Shown: positions 12,909 through 25,025 of the stretch, piece after piece
Numbering within the stretch: position 1 is the stretch's first letter
How the letters are laid out: each line of letters starts with the position of its first letter
Assembly: GCA_030390025.1 (NCBI GenBank)
Contig: CM059432.1
Span: 39,806,001-39,870,000, forward strand
Origin: Squalus acanthias
Taxonomy: Eukaryota
DNA length: 64,000 bases
Reading direction: 5' to 3'
Notes under the pieces: model-generated
Seen by the model: the letters and a program-made list of their open reading frames with translations, nothing else
Databases searched by the model: none
What the model was told of the DNA's origin: nothing
Program-made: the position numbers and the translations under genes

Positions 12909-13279
12909 ATTAACTCACCAATCAGTGGAAATAGTCACACAACAAAAACTTAATTCAATAGTAAAAGGATTATTTCAGTAATAGGGAGAGATTCAATTGA
13001 TCTTCACCTGTTTTTAATGTGTAAAATCATCATAGGGCATGCGAATTTCAGGTCGCGATCTCCCATGCCCTATCTGTGCCAGAAGTGCACAGCGTAAAGG
13101 GGCTGGATGGGTTAATGCATATTTGAGCTGTGCGCACAGAGTTGGGAGAATCTACTAAATTGCTAAACAGAGTGACGACGGAAATTTGGTGAGAGTGGGA
13201 AGTTGGTGCAGAGGAGGTAGGAGGTGCTAAGTAATTTAACCAAAGGGGCAACAGTAAATAAGTAAATAATCGCACCAGA

Positions 13280-14280
13280 GGAAATAGAAAAAGTGACGCC
13301 ATAATCAACACGCAGAGTGGAGCGACAGAACCCGAGCAAATTAAGGTAAGTATATAGGTAAGTATCCAAATATCCCTTTGTGTGTTGAGTATTTTTAGTG
13401 GTTAGTGCTAAGCTTGAGTTAGTAAGGATTTAATATTAGTGCAAGTAAGTGTAAGTCAAAGGAAAACGAGCTAAGTGATTAAATTCTATCGGATTGAAAG
13501 ATGCTAATAACTGATAAATAGCTAAGTCATTAATCACAGTAACTAATTACTTATATATTTAAAATCAAGCTAAATCCAACTATTTAATGAATCTAGACCT
13601 CAAGTGACCAATTAGTTGAAGAAATAAACTGCAGATGACTAACAAAATAATTAATTAATTAATAACGAAAGACATGACAGTGCAGGCAGTGTGTCGGGAT
13701 TGTAGTATGTGGGAGTTTGTGGTCAACGAGACTGTCCCAGACTGCCACATCTGCAAGAAATGTCTCTGCCTCGAGACACATGGTTCAGAGTCGTTGAACT
13801 GGAGTCTGAGCTATAGACACTCCGATGCATAAGGGAGAAGGAGAAGTTACTGGATAATTTACTCCAGAGTGTACAAACACCAGAGGAAAGCACAGTTACA
13901 GGAAGGGGAGATCATGACTGTCAGTCAGCCAGGTAAGGGGAACATAGGAAAGGTAGTGAAGCAAACCCTGCTCCTGCCCAACAGGTACAAAGTACTCGAT
14001 ACCTGTAAGGATAAGGAAATAAACTGTAGGAAGGACAGTCAGAGTGTTGACCAAGGCACCATGGAGCAGCAGGCTGTCCAAGAGAAGGAGGTGCAGAGTA
14101 GTAATGTTGTAGGTATAGGGGATTCTATAATTAGGGGGATGGATAGTATTCTTTGGAGTCAGGATTGAGAGTCCCGAAGGGTGTGTTGCCTACCTGGTGC
14201 CAGGGTAAGAAACATCTCGAAACACCAGTGCATACTAGTTGGACCGAAAGGCCTCTTTCAGTGCTGTATAATTCTATGTA
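13280..14280 (+). mobile_element. CR1 5'UTR plus ORF1 joined to a CR1 3' tail
   Basis: MTVQAVCRDCSMWEF at ~13674, VGIGDSIIRG, CCLPGARV; then ggaccgaaaggcctctttcagtgctgtataattctatg. Confidence 0.8.
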
Positions 14281-14469
14281 ATTGTGCCAGTCGCCATAGG
14301 GGATCAGGCGACTTTTAGTCGTCCAGGGAGACCACCTGAAAGCAGTGGGGGTCCTATGAATAAATGAAAATTAAGGTCCCACATCCTATCTTAATTGGAA
14401 GGGAAAATTGTGCAAGATGTAAAAATTCTACCGGCATATAAACAGTAAGCAGGTAGTAAGAGGTGGTGT

Positions 14470-14833
14470 GGGGCCTATTAGAGACAAAGAAGGTGATATA
14501 TGCTTAGAGGTGCAGGACAAGGCTAGAATACTCAATGAGTCAATGAATACTTTGTATCGGTGTTTACTAAGGAGGTGGATGCTGACAAAATATCGGTAGA
14601 AGTGGAAAAGGTAGAAGCAATGGAAGGGGTGAAAATTGATAGACAGGATGTTCTAGAAAGGCTGGGTAAGCTTAGAGTGGATAAGTCGCCTGGTCCAGAT
14701 GGCTTGCATTCCAGGTTGCTAAGGGAATTGCCATAATTTTCCAATCTTCCCTAGATGCGGGGGAGGTGCCTAAGGATTGGAAAGTGGCAAATGTGACACC
14801 ATTGTTCAAGAAAGGGTGTAAGGACAATCCTAG
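14470..14833 (+). mobile_element. CR1 ORF2 fragment
   Basis: KSPGPDGLH and DWKVANVTPLFKKG coding sequence. Confidence 0.8.
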
Positions 14834-14988
14834 CGTTCAACGATTTATTTATAGTTAAGTTAAAAATAAAAAATTAACATTAAAAAGAGTGTATCAGGTG
14901 GGTTAAATACTGAGCTCAATCTCCTCCGGATCCGCCGCCGATTATGACGCCACTGTGATTTTTTTTCTCAGTTTGTTGCCCTGCCATT

Positions 14989-17101
14989 CCGCTCACTGCT
15001 CCCGCTCTTTTTAAACCATCGTTCCGCTCACTGCTCCCGCTCTTTTTAAACCATCGCTCCCCTCACTGCTCCCGCTCTTTTTAAACCGTCGCCCTGCTCA
15101 CTGCTCCCGCTCTTTTTAAACCGTTCCGCTCACTGCTCCCGCTCTTTTTAAACCGTCGCTCCGCTCACTGCTCCCGCTCTTTTTAAACCGTTCCGCTCAC
15201 TGCTCCCGCTCTTTTTAAACCGTTCCGCTCACTGCTCCCGCTCTTTTTAAACCGTCGCTCCGCTCACTGCTCCCGCTCTTTTTAAACCGTCGCTCCGCTC
15301 ACTGCTCCCGCTCTTTTTAAACCGTCGCTCCGCTCACTGCTCCCGCTCTTTTTAAACCATCGCTCCGCTCACTGCTCCCGCTCTTTTTAAACCGTCGCTC
15401 CGCTCACTGCTCCCGCTCTTTTTAAACCGTCGCTCCGCTCACTGCTCCCGCTCTTTTTAAACCATCGCTCCGCTCACTGCTCCCGCTCTTTTTAAACCGT
15501 CGCTCCGCTCACTGCTCCCGCTCTTTTTAAACCGTCGCTCCGCTCACTGCTCCCGCTCTTTTTAAACCGTCGCTCCGCTCACTGCTCCCGCTCTTTTTAA
15601 ACCGTCGCTCCGCTCACTGCTCCCGCTCTTTTTAAACCGCTCCGCTAACTGCTCCCGCTCTTTTTAAACCGCTCCGCTCACTGCTCCCGCTCTTTTTAAA
15701 CCGCTCCGCTCACTGCTCCCGCTCTTTTTAAACCATCGCTCCGCTCACTGCTCCCGCTCTTTTTAAACCATCGCTCCCCTCACTGCTCCCGCTCTTTTTA
15801 AACCGTCGCTCCGCTCACTATCCCGCTCTTTTTAAACCATCGCTCCGCTCACTATCTCGCTCTTTTTAAACCATCGCTCCGCTCACTATCCCGCTCTTTT
15901 TAAACCGTCGCTCCCCTCACCGCTCCCGCTCTTTTTAAACCGCTCCATTCACCGCTCCCGCTCTTTTTAAACCGTTCCGTTCACTGCTCCCGCTCTTTTT
16001 AAACCGCTCCGTTCACCGCTCCCGCTCTTTTTAAACCATTGCCCTGCTCACTGCTCCCGCTCTTTTTAAACCGTCGCTCCCCTCACTGCTCCCGCTCTTT
16101 TTAAACCGTTCCGCTCACTGCTCCCGCTCTTTTTAAACCGTTCCGCTCACTGCTCCCGCTCTTTTTAAACCGTCGCACTGCTCCCGCTCTTTTTAAACCA
16201 TCGCCCTGCTCACTGCTCCCGCTCTTTTTAAACCGTCGCCCTGCTCACTGCTCCCGCTCTTTTTAAACCGTCGCCCTGCTCACTGCTCCCGCTCTTTTTA
16301 AACCGTTGCTCCACTCACCGCTCCCGCTCTTTTTAAACCGTCGCTCCGCTCACTGCTCCCGCTCTTTTTAAACTGTCGTTCCGTTCACTGCTCCCGCTCT
16401 TTTTAAACCGTCGCTCCGCTCACTGCTCCCGCTCTTTTTAAACCGTTGCTCCACTCACCGCTCCCGCTCTTTTTAAACCGTCGCTCCGCTCACTGCTCCC
16501 GCTCTTTTTAAACTGTCGTTCCGTTCACTGCTCCCGCTCTTTTTAAACCATCGCTCCCCTCACTGCTCCCGCTCTTTTTAAACCATTGCCCTGCTCACTG
16601 CTCCCGCTCTTTTTAAACCGTCGTTCCGTTCACTGCTCCCGCTCTTTTTAAACCGTCACTCCGCTCACTGCTCCCGCTCTTTTTAAACCGCTCCGCTCAC
16701 TGCTCCCGCTCTTTTTAAACCATTGCCCTGCTCACCGCTCCCGCTCTTTTTAAACCGCTCCGCTCACTGCTCCCGCTCTTTTTAATCCGTTCCGTTCACT
16801 GCTCCCGCTCTTTTTAAACCATCGCTGCCCTCACTGCTCCCGCTCTTTTTAAACCATCGTTCCCTCACTGCTCCCGCTCTTTTTAAACTGTCACCCTGCT
16901 CACTGCTCCCGCTCTTTTTAAACCGTCGCTCCGCTCACTGCTCCCGCTCTTTTTAAACCGTCGCTCCCCTCACTGCTCCCGCTCTTTTTAAACCACCGCC
17001 CTGCTCACTGCTCCCGCTCTTTTTAAACCATCGCGCCGTTCACTGATCCCGCTCTTTTTAAACCACCGCCCTGCTCACTGGTTCCGCTCTTTTTAAACCG
17101 C
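14989..17101. repeat. Minisatellite, about 60 copies of a 35-bp unit (32-bp variants)
   Basis: Unit ccgctcactgctcccgctctttttaaaccgtcgct. Confidence 0.97.
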
Positions 17102-17159
17102 CCGCAATGCCTGATATTCAGTTCCATTGCATATAACGGGCAGCTGATCAGAAGATAAG

Positions 17160-20083
17160 CAAGGAGAATCAGTATGGGTGGAGATAAGAAATAAGAAGGA
17201 GCAGAAAACGGTGGTGGGAGTAGTTTATAGGCTCCCTAACAGTAGGTATACTATTAGACAGAGTATTCATCAAGAAATAATAAGAGCTGTAACAAAGGTA
17301 ATACAATAATCGTGGGGGACTTTAATCTGTATATAGATTGGGCAAATCAAAGTGGCAAGGGTAGTCTGGAGGACGAGTTCATGGAATGTATTCGAGACAG
17401 TTTCCTAGAACAATACGTCGTGGAACCAAGCAGGGAACAGGCTATTTTAGATATTGTTTTGTGTATTGAGACAGGGTTAATTAGTAATCTTACAGTAAAA
17501 ATCCTCTCGGGAAGAGTGATCACAATATGATAGAATTTCACATTGAGTTTGAAAGTGACATTCTTAAATCCGACACTAGAGTCTTAAACTTAAACAAAGC
17601 CAATTACGTAGGTATGAGGGGTGAATTGGCAACGGTAGATTGGGAAATTAGATTAAAAAGTATGACAGTAGATAAGCAGTGGCAATCATTTAAAGAAATA
17701 TTCCAAAATTCTCAACAATTATACATTCCATTGAGAAATTAAAACTCCACAAGAAAAATGATCCATCCATGGCTAATTAATGAAGTTAAGGATAGTATTA
17801 GATTAAAAGAAGAGGCTTATAACATTGCAAAGAATAATAGTAAGCCTGAGGATTGGGAGAGTTTTGGAAACCAGCAAAGGATGACAAAAAAATTGATAAA
17901 ATAGGAGAAAATAGAATGAGAGTAAATTAGCAAGAAATATAAAAGCAGATTGTAAAAGCTTCTACAAGTATGTAAAAAGGAAGAGAGTAGCAAAAGTAAG
18001 CATTAGTCCCTTAGAGACTGAGACAGGAGAAATTATATTGGGGAACAAGGAAATGGCAGAGACTTTAACCAAGTCTTATGTATCTGTCTTCACAGTAGAA
18101 GACACAAAAAGTATAACAAAATTAGTGGAGAACCAAGGGCTATTGAGAGCGAGGAACTTAAAGTAATTATCAGTAGAGAAAAAGTACTTGAGAAACTAAT
18201 GGGACTAAAAGCCGACAAATCCCCTAGACCTGATGGCCTACATCATAGGGTTTTAAAAGAAGTGGCTGCAGAGATAGTGGTTGCATTGGTTGTGATCTTC
18301 CAAAATTCCCTAGATTCAGGAACGGTCCCAGTGGATTGGAAGGTAGCAAATGTAACCCCACTATTCAAGAAAGGAGGGAGAGAGAAAACAGGGAATTATA
18401 GGCCAATTAGCCTGACATCAGTCATCGGGAACATGCTGGAATCCATTATTGAGTAAGTGGTTACAGGGTACTAAGAAAATCATAATATGATTAGGCAGAG
18501 TCAACATGGTTTTATGTAAGGTAAATCGTGTTTGACATATTTATTAGAGTTTTTTGAAGATGTAACTAGCAGGGTAGATAAAGGGGAACCAGTGGATGTA
18601 GTATATTTGGATTTCCAAAAGACATTCGATAAGGTACCACATAAAAGGTTGTTAAGCAAGATAAGGGCACATGGAGTTGGTGGTAATGTATTAGCATGGA
18701 TAAAGGATTGGTTAACAGACAGAAAACAGAGAGTAGGGATAAACGGGTCATTTTCAGATTGGCAGGCTATAACTAGTGGGGTGCCGCAAGGATCAGTGCT
18801 TGGGCCTCAGTTATTTACAATCTATATTAATGACTTAGATGAAGGGACCGAGTGTAATGTATAAAAGTTTGCTGATGATACAAAGCTAGGTGGGAAGGTA
18901 TGATGTGAGGAGGACACAAAGAGCCTGCAAAGCGATACAGACAGGTTAAGTGAAAGAAAGAAAGACTTGCATTTATATAGCGCCTTTCACGACCACCGTA
19001 CGTCTCAAAGCGCTTTACAGCCAATGAAGTACTTTTGGAGTGTAGTCACTGTTGTAATGTGGAAAACAAATGTAACCCCTCTATTCAAGAAAGGAGGGAC
19101 AGAGAAAACAGGGAATTACAGGCAAAGGGAGTGGGCAATAAAGTGGCAGATAAAGTATAATATGGAGAAATGTGAGGTTATTCACTTTGGTTGGAAGAAT
19201 AGAAAAACAGAATATTTTTTAAATGGGGAGAAACTATTAAATGTTGATGTTCACAGAGATTTAGGTTTCCTAGTACAAGAAACACAGAGAGTTAGCATGC
19301 AGTACAGCAAGCAATTAGGAAGACAAATGGCATGTTGGCCTTTATTGCGAGAGGGTTGGAGTACAAGAGTAAGGAAGTCTTGCTACAATTGTACAGGGCT
19401 CTGGTGAGAGCACATCTGGAGTACTGTACACAGTTTTGGTCTCCTTATTTAAGAAAGGATGTACTTGCCTTAGAGGCGGTGCAACGAAGGTTCACTAGAT
19501 TGATTCCTGGGTTGAGAGGGTTGTCCTATGAGGAAAGATTGAGTAGATTGGGCCTATACTCTCTGCAGTTTAGAAGAATGAGAGGTGATTGCATTGAAAC
19601 ATAAGATTCTGAAGGGGATTGACAGGATAAATGCTGAGAGATTGTTTCCCCTGGCTGGAGAGTCTAGAACTAGGGGGCATAGTCTCAAGATAAGGGGCCA
19701 GCTTTTTAAGACTGAGATGAGGAGGAATTTCTTCACTCACAAGGTTGTGAATCTTTGGAATTCTCTGCCCCGAAGTGCTGTGGATGCTCATTCGTTGTAA
19801 TGTGGGAAACAAATGTAACCCCACTATTCAAGAAAGGAGGGACAGAGAAAACAGGGAATAAGAGGCAAAGGGAGTGGGCAATAAAGTGGCAGATAGAGTA
19901 TAATATGGGGAAATGTGAGGTTATTCACAGATAGATTTTTGGACTCCAGCGGAATCAAGGGATATGGGGATAGGGCAGGACAGTGGAGTTGAGTTCGAAG
20001 ATCAGCCATGATCTTATTGAATGGCGGAGCAGGCTCGAGAGTCCGTATAGCCTACTCCTTCTCCGAATACTTATATTCTTATG
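17160..20083 (+). mobile_element. CR1 LINE ORF2 (endonuclease end plus RT) and 3' tail, degenerate
   Basis: [52 protein letters not shown]; (tcttatg)-type tail. Confidence 0.95.
18953..19066 (-). mobile_element. DeuSINE (SacSINE1-like) 3' tail inserted in CR1
   Basis: Reverse complement of ~55555-55660. Confidence 0.85.
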
Positions 20084-20860
20084 ATCTGATACCACCCGTT
20101 TTGCACCACCGCCCGAGATGAATTTCTAGGCCAAGACCTTTTACTTCCCAATTAGTTAAGCATTAATTCCCACCAATTTGCAGGTTGTTCTGTATCATTA
20201 TACTTACAATATTCGTTGTTTTACTTACAGCACTTCACCTTTAAGTTCTGTTTAAATAATATATCTTGCCTCTGAGTTTTCAGTAATTGGTTTGTGTGGT
20301 ATAATCTTTTGAAGTACATAGTGATAGATTATTTATTACTTTTACAGAAATGGCTTGGCCTTATCACAGGCACACACTGAATTCCAATGGTTGTTTGTAC
20401 TCTGTTTATTGCTGAGTTTTTGTGTTGATTACTAATGTTCTCTCCTTTTTTTAGTCACTCAATTCTGTTTGAAATATAAATGCAATTTCAACACTAAGTA
20501 ATGCAAAAATGTCTGTAAATGCAGAAATATATGTATCCTTGCATAAAAATCAAATAATAAATACAATCAAGTCAGACACATTAAACTCAAATGAATATAG
20601 TTTAAAATAATTTGTGCTTTTATAATTTCATATATGAATATTTTCATAGCAGCAATAAATAATTGTTTTCTTCCTCATGTCTTAAACAATGATTTAATTC
20701 TGAGCAGTTAAGGAAATATGCAATTCCTTAATTAACAATTTTAATTTAGAATCTGAATTTGAACTCCACTATAATGTAGAGAACATCAAGGGCCCAATTC
20801 TCCTCTCACTATGCAAATCTGTCAACAACTGAATGTTTTGAAAATATGCACAGAATTGTG

Positions 20861-21701
20861 GGGCTGGATTTTCAATGACCCGTGAAGTCGGGTTTGGAGG
20901 CGTGTGGGGGGTTAAAGTTGCAGATTCGGGGGTCCCGACCCCATCCCGCCTCCAACCCATCTCCATGCCAGTTTCACTAGCTGCAGGTACCCGACCTGTG
21001 CTGAGACCCGACTCCCCGAGGCGGGAAGGGATTAGTGACAATTAACTGCCTGTTAACAGGTAGTTAACAGGCAGTTTTTTGCCTAATCCCTATTTTAAAA
21101 GGTGAAATGTGGGCTTCCCGACAGGTGGCAACCACGCCAAGTTATCGGGGCGGACCGTGGGTCTGCAGGGGTTGGAGGGGTCGATATGTCCGGTGGGCAG
21201 GTGAGTGATGGGTGCATGTGTGCAGAGGTAAGTGTGTAAGGTAAGTGCTAAGTGTGGGAAAAAGTTTTACTTACCTTAACTTCCTGCAGGTGTCAGCCCT
21301 TCAGTTTTCGGGAGTCAGAAATCTCACCGGCACAGAAAGCAGAAAAGCCGTGGTCCTGTCAAAAACTGCAGCCTTCTGTTTTCTGTGGTGGAATGATTTC
21401 TAACTCAGCCTGAGAGGAAGGACTCAAGTTAGAAATCATATTGTCAGTGTTTGACAGCTTCACACAGCTGTCAAACGCTGATATTTCATCTGTCAAAAGC
21501 TCTTGACAGATGAAATGTCAATCTGTGACGTCACCTGTTGCCAGGTGGCCCTTAATTGGCCTGCTGAGCCCACTGGGCGGGCTCAACAAGGTCAATCAAG
21601 GGAAAATACAGTGGGTTGGCCACATCTCGATGGAGGCGGGTCTACAAGCCAAAATGTGAGATTCACGACACCAACCCGACCCCAGCTTCAAAATCCAGCC
21701 C
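20861..21701. mobile_element. PIF/Harbinger-type MITE
   Basis: 12-bp TIR GGGCTGGATTTT / AAAATCCAGCCC; 3-bp TSD GTG. Confidence 0.85.
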
Positions 21702-21749
21702 GTGGTTTTCCCTTGTATGTTTACAAATTAAACCTGTGAAAACTGAGAT

Positions 21750-22728
21750 ACTGATCTGGATTTCTGATATTTAGATACAAACGGATGTATGCTGATCATG
21801 TGCAAGGTGGCAGGACAGGTTAACCAAGCAGTTAATAAAGCATATGGGATCCTGGGCTTTATAAATAGAGGCGGGGCGATTTTGACCCTCTCGCTCAGCA
21901 GAAACCTGGTGGGTAAGCAGTTAAAATTGCCCTGGATCTTACCTGTCCGAAAGCCGCCATGATCGCAACATCTGCAATTTTAACCTGCTCTCCTGAGCAG
22001 ACAGCAAGGACATGTGCATGGAGCCAACAGGGTCCTTCTTTACATATGAATATTATGGCCCAATGACATCATTGAGACCTGACTGTAATTTTAACTCAGG
22101 CCTGAGTGGGGAATCCACCTGGAGTTTAAATTGGGGCCTATAGATTACAAAAGCCAGGAAATTATGCTAAACCTGGATAAAACACTAGTTTGGCCCCGGC
22201 TGGACTATTGTGTCCAATTCTGGCACCACACTTTAGGAAGGATGTGACGGCTTTGGAGAGGGTACAGAAGAGATTTGCTAGAATGGTTCCAGGGATGAGG
22301 GATTACAGTTATGTGGATAGACTGGAGAAGCTGGGGTTGTTCTCCTTGGAGCAGAGAAGGCTAAGAGGAGATTTGATAGAGGTGTTCAAAATTATGAAGG
22401 GTTCAGATAGAGTAAATAAAGAGAAACTGTTTCCAATGGCTGGAGGGTCGATAACCAGAGAACATAGATTTAAAAGAACCAGAGGCGACATGAGGAAAAC
22501 TTTTTTACGCAACGAGTAGTTAGGATTTGGAATAATAGGGTGGTGGATACTGATTCAATTGTAGCCTTCAAAAGGGAATTGGATAAATACTCGTGGAGAA
22601 AAAAATTGCAGGGATATGGAGAAAGAGCAGGGGAATGGGACTAACTGGATTGCTCTTCGAAAGAGCAAATGCAGACTCGATGGGCCAAATGGCCTCCTTC
22701 TGTGCTGTACTATTCTATGTTTCTATGA
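21750..22728 (+). mobile_element. CR1 3' fragment interrupted by a small MITE (~21872-22138)
   Basis: ALERVQKRFARMVPG...LEQRRLRGDLIEVFK; ttctatgtttctatg tail. Confidence 0.85.
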
Positions 22729-22850
22729 TTCCAAGAGGGAAAATGCCCAGCACAAGTGAAAAAGAAAAAGCTCACAAAAGAGCAGTTCCACAAAAAAGTG
22801 AAACGTTTGGTGACAGAGCCACAAAATACTGGGGAATCAATTCAAAACTG

Positions 22851-23378
22851 ACTTACCTAAGGAAGGATATACTTACCTTAGAGGGAGTGCAACGAAGGTT
22901 CACTAGACTGGTTCCTGGGATGAGGGGATTATCCTATGAGGAGAGATTGAGTAGACTCGGCCTATATTTCTTAGAGTTTAGAAGAATGAGAGGTGATCTA
23001 ATTGAATCATATAAAGTTCTTAAGGGGCTTGGCAGGGTTAATGCTGAGAAAATGTTTCCCCTGGCTGAGGAATCTAGAACACGGCGTCACAGTCACAGAA
23101 TAAGGGATTGGCCATTTAGGACTAAGATGAGGAGAAATTTCTTCATTCAGAGGGTGGTGAATCTTTGGAATTCTCTACCCCAGAGAGCTGTGGATACTCA
23201 GTTGTTGAGTATATTCAAGACAGAGGTCGATAAATTTTTGGGAACTAAGGGAATTAAGGGATATGGGGATAGTGCAGGAAGGTGGAGTTGAGGTACAAGA
23301 TCAGCCATGATCTTGTTGAATGGAGCAGGCTCGAAGGGCCAAATGGCCTACTCCTGCTCCTATTTCTTATGTTCTTAT
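22851..23378 (+). mobile_element. CR1 3' end
   Basis: LEGVQRRFTRLVPG...FFIQRVVNLWNSLP; tcttatgttcttat tail. Confidence 0.92.
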
Positions 23379-23859
23379 CCATGAACCAAGGAAACTTATT
23401 CGGATATCAGGCGATGACAGACTGAGCTCCTCTGTGAGGGGAGGTCGCTAAGGTTTTGATCGCAGGCTTTGAAATAAGGCAAGCAGTACAGGAAAGTGTG
23501 TGGCTGCTATGCTAAAGATAGCTTGGCACTGTCAAATGTTCAGCCAAGATCACAGGACAGTGCAGTAAGAATGCCTGATGCCAGTATAGGAGATTGCTGC
23601 CTCGATCCGCATTTCACAAGTTATCATTGGCCTCACCTTGATAGAGGAAGGGTTGAATAAGACAACACCAAAAACAACTCAGGCAGGTTTTTAAACTTGT
23701 AATAATTATGCCAGCTGCACAGTATCTTTTTGGGAGGCTTCTCTGTTTGGACAAAACTACAGCAAAACAGAAGAATATAGATCATGATATACATTACCTG
23801 ACACCATATTAATTTGTTTTATAATATTACAGGTCTCATGGTGGTATTAGGAAGTGTAT

Positions 23860-24065
23860 TAGTGTAGATGTCAGGCTTGGATGTGATGATCCCATCCCCA
23901 TGGTGAAATAGCCTCAGATAGGGAAGGGCGAGTCCATGAAGGTATTTAAACACAAAGACGATCATTTTTAAAGTTGAAGCATTGGTGGGCCAAGAGCCAA
24001 TGTAGGTCAGCAAGCACAAGGATGATAGGATACAGGCGGCAGAGCTTTGGATGAATTGAGGTTTA
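23860..24065 (-). mobile_element. Old L2 fragment
   Basis: FVFKYLHGLALPYL resembles the L2 ORF2 C-terminus. Confidence 0.55.
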
Positions 24066-24196
24066 TTCTCTACTAAAGATGGGACTTGACGTAATACCCA
24101 CAGCTGTTTCCAGAGGACCGATAAATAATCTTTAAAGGGGAAGAAAAGTCTTGGGGAAGTGCTTATTATTTTCTATATTATATAGAATACATATAT

Positions 24197-24939
24197 TGGC
24201 CCAAAAATTAGTGAGGGAGCCTTCATGCGAGGGTAAGGCTTCCCCGCGATCTCTCACTGCGCGCTGGCTTTTTCATTCCCAGCTCGCACAAACTTGATGT
24301 TCTGGACAGCAGCTGGGCAGTGTTTCCGTATCTCACAGGCGTAGTTAATTCGTGCGAGCTGTGGGATCACGTGATTCAGTTAGAGCCAATGGCAGCACAC
24401 CATCTTTCATTCATAGCTTTCACAACAAGTGCTGTGAAAGCATTGAATCTATACCCCCCCAAAAGAACAGCTAAACCTCAATTAATTTTTTTTAAAAACC
24501 ATCACATTAATAAAATAAGTATACTTAAATAAATTAACCATTTTAAACAAAAAATTAAATTTTTGAAAAAATTTAAAATCTTTTAAAAAGTTATAAAAAT
24601 AAACTTACCTTTCTTTAAAGTCTCTAAAAAAGATATACCTGTTGAAAAAAATTCAAGATACTTAATTAACTACTTACCTTGTTAAAAGAGGGTCTTACGC
24701 CTCCTTTCTTTATGTGCAAAATCTTCCATACTTACCTGCGCGTTCAAAGCACTAAGTGCACTGCGTGCGCGCAGCCTGTAGCGCGCACGCAGGTTCACTT
24801 AGGAACCGCCCCCTTTTGAAATCACCAAGTGCCGGTTTTCAGCGCATGCGCAGTGCATGCAGAAAACCGGCAATTGGAGACAGAATACGCGAGAGTACAC
24901 AGTGCGTACTCTCACGTAGCAACACTAATTTTTGGGCCA
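24197..24939. mobile_element. MITE with 17-bp TIR
   Basis: TGGCCCAAAAATTAGTG / CACTAATTTTTGGGCCA; TSD ambiguous in TA-rich flanks; second copy at 12405-12908. Confidence 0.85.
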
Positions 24940-25025
24940 ATATACTCAAGAATTAGCCGAAATACCTCCAACCCCACTCTACCGTTGGAAGTGCAGGCAA
25001 CCCCACACTCATTGCTGCAGTAACG

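Noticed and set aside
13032..13073. Small hairpin atagggcatg...catgccctat
   Set aside because: Single short inverted repeat; may be a MITE remnant but nothing further supports it
14989..17101. CRISPR-like array
   Set aside because: Variable parts are only a few nt and are variants of one another; no unique spacers, no cas genes, vertebrate context
22593..23291. 232-aa ORF as a gene
   Set aside because: Chance fusion of a CR1 tail, unique sequence and a CR1 RT C-terminus
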